NCBI RefSeq assembly: GCF_010211765.1
Contig: NZ_PDWO01000002.1
Span: forward strand, 139,581-163,580
DNA: 24,000 nt
Source of the DNA: Pseudoxanthomonas kaohsiungensis
Lineage (GTDB): Bacteria; Pseudomonadota; Gammaproteobacteria; Xanthomonadales; Xanthomonadaceae
Reading direction: 5' to 3'
Notes under the pieces: model-generated
Told to the model about the DNA's origin: nothing
Database searches by the model: none
Seen by the model: the letters and a program-made list of their open reading frames with translations, nothing else
Made by a program: the position numbers and the translations under genes
Part shown: in pieces, positions 16,709 to 24,000 of the stretch
Position numbering within the stretch: the first letter of the stretch is position 1
Layout of the letters: each line of letters opens with the position of its first letter

Positions 16709-16739
16709 CGCCACGTCGCTCGCGGCGGCCAAGGCCGCA

Positions 16740-16769
16740 AAAGAAAACGCCGCCCGGAGGCGGCGTTTC
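16740..16769 (-). terminator. Intrinsic terminator for the tonB-exbB-exbD-exbD gene group (minus-strand T-tract), also a stem for pdxJ
   Basis: 10-bp perfect stem AAACGCCGCC-CGGA-GGCGGCGTTT; plus-strand A-rich run gives minus-strand TTTTCTTTT. Confidence 0.8.
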
Positions 16770-16830
16770 ACGGCGCTGGGTCCCCGGTCGCCGCCGCTGC
16801 AGGGGCGGCTTCCGTGGACGTCACCGTCTA

Positions 16831-17244
16831 CTACGGCTGGACGAAGTTGATCTTCTTCATGTCCGCGTTCTTGGCCGAAGCGAGCACCCGCGCCATGACC
16901 TCGTACTCCGAGTCGGCGCTGGCGTCGATGCGCAGCTCCGGCTGGTTGGTCGGGTCGCGCTGCACTTCGGTCTCCATCATCTGCGGCAGCGCGGTCACCG
17001 AGACCGGGCTGTTGTTCCAGAAGATCTGGTTGGACGCGTCGATGCGCAGCTCGATCGGCGGCGGCGGCTCCTTCGTGACCGGCGGCGGGTTGATCACCCG
17101 CTGCGGGAGGGCCACGTCGATCGGGTAGGTCATGATCGGCGCGGTCACGATGAAGATGATCAACAGCACCAGCATCACGTCCACGAGGGGCGTGACGTTG
17201 ATGTCGGCCATGGGGCCCTTGCCGGAACCGGAACTGAAAGCCAT
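16831..17244 (-). CDS. exbD: ExbD/TolR family biopolymer transport protein (second copy)
   Basis: '[35 protein letters not shown]' typical ExbD N-terminus. Confidence 0.92.
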   Translation of the reverse strand: MAFSSGSGKGPMADINVTPLVDVMLVLLIIFIVTAPIMTYPIDVALPQRVINPPPVTKEPPPPIELRIDASNQIFWNNSPVSVTALPQMMETEVQRDPTNQPELRIDASADSEYEVMARVLASAKNADMKKINFVQP

Positions 17245-17247
17245 GGC

Positions 17248-17670
17248 TTACTGACCCTTCTCTTTGGTGGCGACGAAGCCGATGTCCAGCATGCCGTTGC
17301 GCTGCGCGATCTGGGTGATGTCGTTGATCGTGCGCATCTTCGTGGTCTTGTCACCACGAAGGTTCAACTTGGGCTGGGGCACCTGCTGCGCGCTGCTGGA
17401 CAGGCGCGACTCGAGGATCTCGCGCGAGATCTCCTCGTCGTTCCAGAACAGCGAGCCATCCTCCTTCACCGAGATGGTGATGGGCATGACCCGCGGTTCG
17501 TCCTCGTCCTTGGCGACGACGTCCGTTTCCGGCAGCTCGATCTTCACTTTGTGCTGCATCAGCGGCGCGGTGATGATGAAGATGATGAGCAGCACCAGCA
17601 TCACGTCCACGAGGGGCGTGACGTTGATGTCGGCCATCGGGCCGCCGCTGTTGTCAGAACTGAAGGCCAT
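17248..17670 (-). CDS. exbD: ExbD/TolR family biopolymer transport protein (first copy)
   Basis: '[37 protein letters not shown]'; tandem with the preceding feature. Confidence 0.92.
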   Translation of the reverse strand: MAFSSDNSGGPMADINVTPLVDVMLVLLIIFIITAPLMQHKVKIELPETDVVAKDEDEPRVMPITISVKEDGSLFWNDEEISREILESRLSSSAQQVPQPKLNLRGDKTTKMRTINDITQIAQRNGMLDIGFVATKEKGQ

Positions 17671-17714
17671 GCGGGCTCTCCGTTACGTGCCTGGATCGTT
17701 CTTCGGGTACCGGC

Positions 17715-18470
17715 TCAGCGAACGCGCGAGCCGGTGGCGAAGAAGTCGTGCAGATCGTGGGCGAACGAATCGAACTTGGCGATCGTCGAGCTGTTGATCT
17801 TGCTGAAGAAGTTGTAGGCGAACACGGCCGGGATCGCGACGAACAGGCCGATCGCGGTCATGATCAGCGCTTCACCCACCGGGCCGGCGACGGCGTCGAT
17901 CGAGGCGGAGCCGGTGGCACCGATCTTGATCAGCGCGCCGTAGATGCCCCACACGGTACCCAGCAGGCCCACGAAGGGAGCGGTCGCGCCGACGGTCGCC
18001 AGCAGCACCATGCCCGACTGCAGCCTGGAGCTTTCGCGGGTCACGGCCTGGCGCAGGGCGCGATCGACGAACTCCGAGCGGGTCAGGGTCTCGCCGAGGC
18101 CGGCACCGGTGCCTTCCGAACGCTGGTGGTGGGCGGCGGCCTGGGCGGCGTCCAGGGCGATCTTGGAGAACGGCTCGCTGCGCGGCTGCTCTTCCATCAC
18201 GCGGATGGCTTCCTGGGCGTTCGGGGCGTCCCAGAACGCGTTGACGACGCGGTCCGCGTACGACTTCAGGCGGGTGTTCTTGATGGCGTTGAAGATGGTC
18301 CAGTACCAGGACGCGGCCGACATGAAGACCAGCGTCAGCAGCACGATCCAGGAAACGGCGAATTCGCCCGGATTGGCGATCATCTCGGACAGAAGGTGGT
18401 CGAAGCCCATCTGCGTGAGGGCCGATGCGTTGCCCCCGGCGGCGGCGGCGATGAAGAGTTCCTGCAGCAT
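17715..18470 (-). CDS. exbB: ExbB/TolQ/MotA family proton channel protein
   Basis: TM segments and ExbB-like 'MVLLATVGATAPFVGLLGTVWGIYGALIKIG...VAGPVGEALIMTAIGLFVAIPAVFAYNFF'. Confidence 0.93.
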   Translation of the reverse strand: MLQELFIAAAAGGNASALTQMGFDHLLSEMIANPGEFAVSWIVLLTLVFMSAASWYWTIFNAIKNTRLKSYADRVVNAFWDAPNAQEAIRVMEEQPRSEPFSKIALDAAQAAAHHQRSEGTGAGLGETLTRSEFVDRALRQAVTRESSRLQSGMVLLATVGATAPFVGLLGTVWGIYGALIKIGATGSASIDAVAGPVGEALIMTAIGLFVAIPAVFAYNFFSKINSSTIAKFDSFAHDLHDFFATGSRVR

Positions 18471-18530
18471 GACGCTTACCTTTGGTTTGATTGGTGGAGA
18501 AGGAAGGCGGAAACGCTAGGCCCGGTTGCC

Positions 18531-18550
18531 GTGGCGGCGGACACCGCCAC
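18531..18550. promoter_or_regulatory. Hairpin in the tonB-exbB intergenic region
   Basis: 7-bp stem GTGGCGG-CGGACA-CCGCCAC. Confidence 0.4.
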
Positions 18551-18562
18551 GGAGTGCGGACA

Positions 18563-19228
<666 letters not shown>

Positions 19229-19334
19229 GCGCCTAGTAACTCAGGTGTGGGGCCAGGCCGCCGGTGGGAATTTCCACCGGGCAGCCCAGATTCTCGCGGG
19301 TGACACCGCATGAACCGCCAAGCATATACCAATC

Positions 19335-19359
19335 CCGCGCCCCTGTGCCTAGGGCGCGG
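19335..19359. terminator. Hairpin between TPR gene and tonB (possible terminator)
   Basis: 8-bp stem CCGCGCCC / GGGCGCGG; followed on + by ggcgctttt. No T-tract on the minus strand. Confidence 0.35.
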
Positions 19360-19374
19360 CGCTTTTCCGTGACG

Positions 19375-20553
19375 TCACTTCAAGTTGATGATTTTCCTGG
19401 CATCCTCGGGCTTCTTGACGCCCTTGGCCAAGGCCTGCTGGGCGGCCTGCTTGGCCTCGGGGACGCGGCCTTCCTGCCACAGGACCCGCGCCAGGTTGAG
19501 GTAGGTCTCACCGTCCTTCGACATCGGCGCGGCCTTCTGCCAGTTCTCGATCGCCTGCGGGATCTGCTCGCTGTAGTAGTACGACTGCGCCAGCGCCAGG
19601 TAGGTCTGGTGGTCCGGCTTCAGCACGCCCTTCTGCATGCCTTCGTTGATCACCGAGATGACGTCCTTCTCGCGACCGTCCATGTTGGCGTAGGTGATGT
19701 AGAGCTGGCGGTACTCGCGCTCGTCGCTGAGCTGGCCCGAGGCGCGCAGCTTCTCGAGCACGCCGGCGGCCTTGTCCATCTGGTCGGCCTGGGCATAAAC
19801 CGTGGCCAGGTTCATCTGGGCCTTCTTGTCGGCCGGATTCTTCGCCGCCAGCTTCTCGGCCAGCGCGACCGCGTCGGCATTCTGGTTGGCTTCGGCGTAG
19901 GAGGCCATCAGCAGCTGGACCCAGCTGTCCTTCGGCTCGGGGCTGCTGTCGACGGCCTGCTTCAGCACCGGGATCGCCTCCTGGAAGCGCTCCATCTGGT
20001 ACAGCGCCTGGCCCTTGAGCACCAGGTCGTCCGGCTTGGTCGACTTGGTTTCCGACAGGTAGCGGTCAAGCGTGGCCAGGCCCGCCTGGTACTCGTCGTC
20101 GGCCAGCTGCAGCTGCGCCAGCATCAGCATCGACTGGTAGTGGCCATTGTTCTCCAGGCCGTTGAACTGCAGCACCTGCTGCAGGTAGGCCTTGGCCGCG
20201 GCGGTGTCGTCGAGGTTGTACGCGGCCTGCGCGGCGAGCTGCGATGCCAGCGACTTGTCGTACTCGTTGGCGCCCTCCAGGGCGATCAGCTCGTCGGCGA
20301 GCGTGCGGGTCTGCGCGTAATCTTCCTCGTTGTACACGTCGATGAGCTTCTGCAGCGGCTTGCCCGCCTTCTTCGACGTCTTGGCTTCCGGTTGCTGCCG
20401 GGTCGCCTCCGGGTACAGCACTTCGGCCTTCTCGGACTTCTCGGACTTCTTGCTCGAGCGCGAGGATTGGGCCGATGCGTCGGCCACCACCATGCCACCG
20501 AGCGCGGCGCCGATGAAGATCGACAGGAGGACGTGCTTGCTGCGGAGTTTCAT
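19375..20553 (-). CDS. Exported TPR-repeat protein encoded next to tonB
   Basis: Signal peptide 'MKLRSKHVLLSIFIGAALGGMVVADASA' and multiple TPR-like units, e.g. 'DDLVLKGQALYQMERFQEAIPVLKQAVDSSPEP'. Confidence 0.85.
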   Translation of the reverse strand: MKLRSKHVLLSIFIGAALGGMVVADASAQSSRSSKKSEKSEKAEVLYPEATRQQPEAKTSKKAGKPLQKLIDVYNEEDYAQTRTLADELIALEGANEYDKSLASQLAAQAAYNLDDTAAAKAYLQQVLQFNGLENNGHYQSMLMLAQLQLADDEYQAGLATLDRYLSETKSTKPDDLVLKGQALYQMERFQEAIPVLKQAVDSSPEPKDSWVQLLMASYAEANQNADAVALAEKLAAKNPADKKAQMNLATVYAQADQMDKAAGVLEKLRASGQLSDEREYRQLYITYANMDGREKDVISVINEGMQKGVLKPDHQTYLALAQSYYYSEQIPQAIENWQKAAPMSKDGETYLNLARVLWQEGRVPEAKQAAQQALAKGVKKPEDARKIINLK

Positions 20554-20664
20554 TGAATCACCTCGTGCGGAGCTCCGCCGGCAGGCGGGGCGGGAACCGG
20601 GTCGGCAACGCTAACAGAACCGGCTTTCTTACGGAATGCCACCAAAAGTGCGTTGTACCGCGGG

Positions 20665-21477
20665 TCAGGAACCGCACCGGGGCGTATGGCCGGCCTTGCG
20701 CGCGGCCTCGTAAACGGGCTGCAGCGAGGGCGTCCGCGCCTCCAGCGCCCGGATCCGGTTCTGTGGATCGGGATGCGTCGACAGCCATTCCGGCGAGCGG
20801 TTCGCCGATGCGGCCACCATGTTCTGCCACAGGTCTACGGCCTGGCCCGGATCGAAGCCGGCTTGCGCCATCAGCTGCTGGCCGATCTGGTCGGACTCGG
20901 TTTCCTGCGTGCGCGAGAACGGCAGCAGCAGGCCCATTTGCGCCAGCGTGCCGCCGCCCTGGGTGACCAGGTCCGAACCGGCCTGTCCGTAGCGGGCACC
21001 GGCCAGCGCGCCCAGCACCGCCAGGCCGGTCGAGGTGGCGCTCTGCCGGGATACGCGCTCGTTGGTGTGGCGCGCATAGACGTGGCCGATCTCATGGCCG
21101 ATCACTGCCGCCAGCTGGTCCTGGTTCTTCGCCACCGTGAACATCCCGGTGTTCACGCCAACCTTGCCCCCCGGTAGCGCGAACGCGTTCGGACTGTCGT
21201 CGACGAATACCGCCGTTTCCCACTGCAGCTGGCGCCATTCGGGTGGCAGCTGCGCGACCAGGGCCTTGACCACGCATTGCACGTACGCGCTCTGCTGGCC
21301 CCCGGTCTGGGTCTTCTGCTTGCTCTTCATCTCGGCGAACGCCTGCGCGCCCATCTGGTTGAGCTGGCTGTCCGAATAGGCCATGTACTGCGTACGGCCG
21401 GTCGGCGACGTCGTGGTCGCGCATGCGGCCAGACCCGCCCCGAGCGCCACCGCCACTCCCAGATGCTTCCAGCGCAT
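20665..21477 (-). CDS. M48-family metalloprotease, lipoprotein-like
   Basis: 'GVAVALGAGLAACATTTS' lipobox-like; zinc motif HEIGH; 'ETESDQIGQQLMAQAGFDP'. Confidence 0.92.
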   Translation of the reverse strand: MRWKHLGVAVALGAGLAACATTTSPTGRTQYMAYSDSQLNQMGAQAFAEMKSKQKTQTGGQQSAYVQCVVKALVAQLPPEWRQLQWETAVFVDDSPNAFALPGGKVGVNTGMFTVAKNQDQLAAVIGHEIGHVYARHTNERVSRQSATSTGLAVLGALAGARYGQAGSDLVTQGGGTLAQMGLLLPFSRTQETESDQIGQQLMAQAGFDPGQAVDLWQNMVAASANRSPEWLSTHPDPQNRIRALEARTPSLQPVYEAARKAGHTPRCGS

Positions 21478-21549
21478 GTTCGACTCCCGCCCTGTTCACT
21501 TTCGCGTTCAGTGTCCGCGCTGGCGGCTTAACTTTTCGTCAAACCCGCG

Positions 21550-22353
21550 TCAGGCGAGCCCGTGCACGGCCAGGGCGATGCCGTTGTTCAGCGCGTGTGC
21601 AAGGAACGGCGCCCACAGCGATCCGGTGCGCCAGTAAAGCCAGGCGAAGGCCGCACCCATGCCGCCATAGATGAGCCAGAGCTGCACTACCGCCAGCGGC
21701 GGATTGGCGCTGATGCCAGGCACCTCGTGGACCAGCGCGAAGGCCACGCTGCTCACCAGTATGCCGAGCCACGGCCGGCCCGCGGCCAGGAACCGGCCGA
21801 AGAACACCCGCCGGAACAGCAGTTCCTCATAGGCCGGGGCCAGCAGCACCGCGAACAGGAAAAGGAAAACCGGCCATTGCCGGGAGGCTTCTTCGACCAG
21901 CGCCAGGTTGGTCGGTACCGGCGCGCTGCCTGCCTGTTCGCCGAGCCAGCCCAGCAACGAGCTGCCGAGGAACACCGCCACGCCCACGAGCACTGTCCAC
22001 CCCCAGGTGGCGCGTTGCCGCAGTGCGGCATGGGCCAGCGCCCGCTCGGCCGCATCGGCGCGTCGGCGCCAGAAGTAGAGCACCAGCGCCGCGAACGAGG
22101 TCGCGCCCAGGGCAAAGAGCATCTGCGCCAGCGCACCGGGATGGCCGATGCCTGCCTGGATCGCGGCTGCATCGCGGCCGACTTCGCCTGCCACCGCCAT
22201 CGCACGCCAGGCGGTCCAGATTGCGGCAGCGGCAAGAGTTCCACCAATCACCAGCACGACCGCGATCAGGGCATCGAAGGCGAACGCGCGCAGCAGCGGG
22301 AACACCGAAGCGGCCGGGACCGGCGGCCGTGCCTGCCGCGGCTCCCCGGCCAT
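21550..22353 (-). CDS. CPBP-family intramembrane metalloprotease
   Basis: 'AYEELLFRRVFFGRFL', 'FALVHE', 'AWLYWRTGSLWAPFLAHALNN'. Start codon uncertain. Confidence 0.85.
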   Translation of the reverse strand: MAGEPRQARPPVPAASVFPLLRAFAFDALIAVVLVIGGTLAAAAIWTAWRAMAVAGEVGRDAAAIQAGIGHPGALAQMLFALGATSFAALVLYFWRRRADAAERALAHAALRQRATWGWTVLVGVAVFLGSSLLGWLGEQAGSAPVPTNLALVEEASRQWPVFLFLFAVLLAPAYEELLFRRVFFGRFLAAGRPWLGILVSSVAFALVHEVPGISANPPLAVVQLWLIYGGMGAAFAWLYWRTGSLWAPFLAHALNNGIALAVHGLA

Positions 22354-22369
22354 GTCCGTCGACGCGGGA

Positions 22370-24000
<1,631 letters not shown>

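Noticed and set aside
19369-19378. GTGACGTCAC perfect 10-bp palindrome at the 3' end of the TPR gene
   Set aside because: Short, overlaps the stop codon, and expected occasionally by chance; no regulatory context.
21478-21491. GTTCGACTCCCGC resembling a tRNA T-arm
   Set aside because: The preceding bases are the coding start of the M48 protease gene and no cloverleaf or acceptor stem can be drawn.

Overview
High-GC chromosomal segment, by gene content and style from a Xanthomonadaceae-like gammaproteobacterium (inference, no database search run). Main blocks, left to right: (1) + strand pectin/uronate catabolism cluster: C-terminal part of a TRAP large permease, LacI-family regulator, kduI, kduD, and an unusual secreted SGNH acetylesterase-cupin fusion. 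The kduI-kduD gap holds a pair of inverted GTAG-type REP hairpins. The fusion gene is preceded by a structured leader ending in an intrinsic terminator 13 nt before its start codon. (2) + strand sigma54-dependent activator. (3) - strand six-gene locus (12686 down to 6863) whose architecture matches, gene by gene, the order of the Pseudomonas functional-amyloid operon fapABCDEF: small exported protein, three-repeat minor amyloid-like protein, large N/T-rich repeat protein, C39-like papain-fold peptidase, exported protein, coiled-coil plus beta-barrel outer membrane protein. It is preceded by a near-consensus -24/-12 promoter and a full-consensus IHF box, so I infer it is RpoN-controlled, possibly by the flanking activator. 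(4) Housekeeping genes: radical SAM protein, cardiolipin synthase, small membrane protein, pdxJ, a tonB-exbB-exbD-exbD locus, TPR protein, M48 protease, CPBP protease, and partial gyrB. No rRNA, tRNA, CRISPR array, transposase or prophage was recognised. The Fap-like locus and its promoter, and the attenuator-like leader before the esterase-cupin gene, are the most interesting items.
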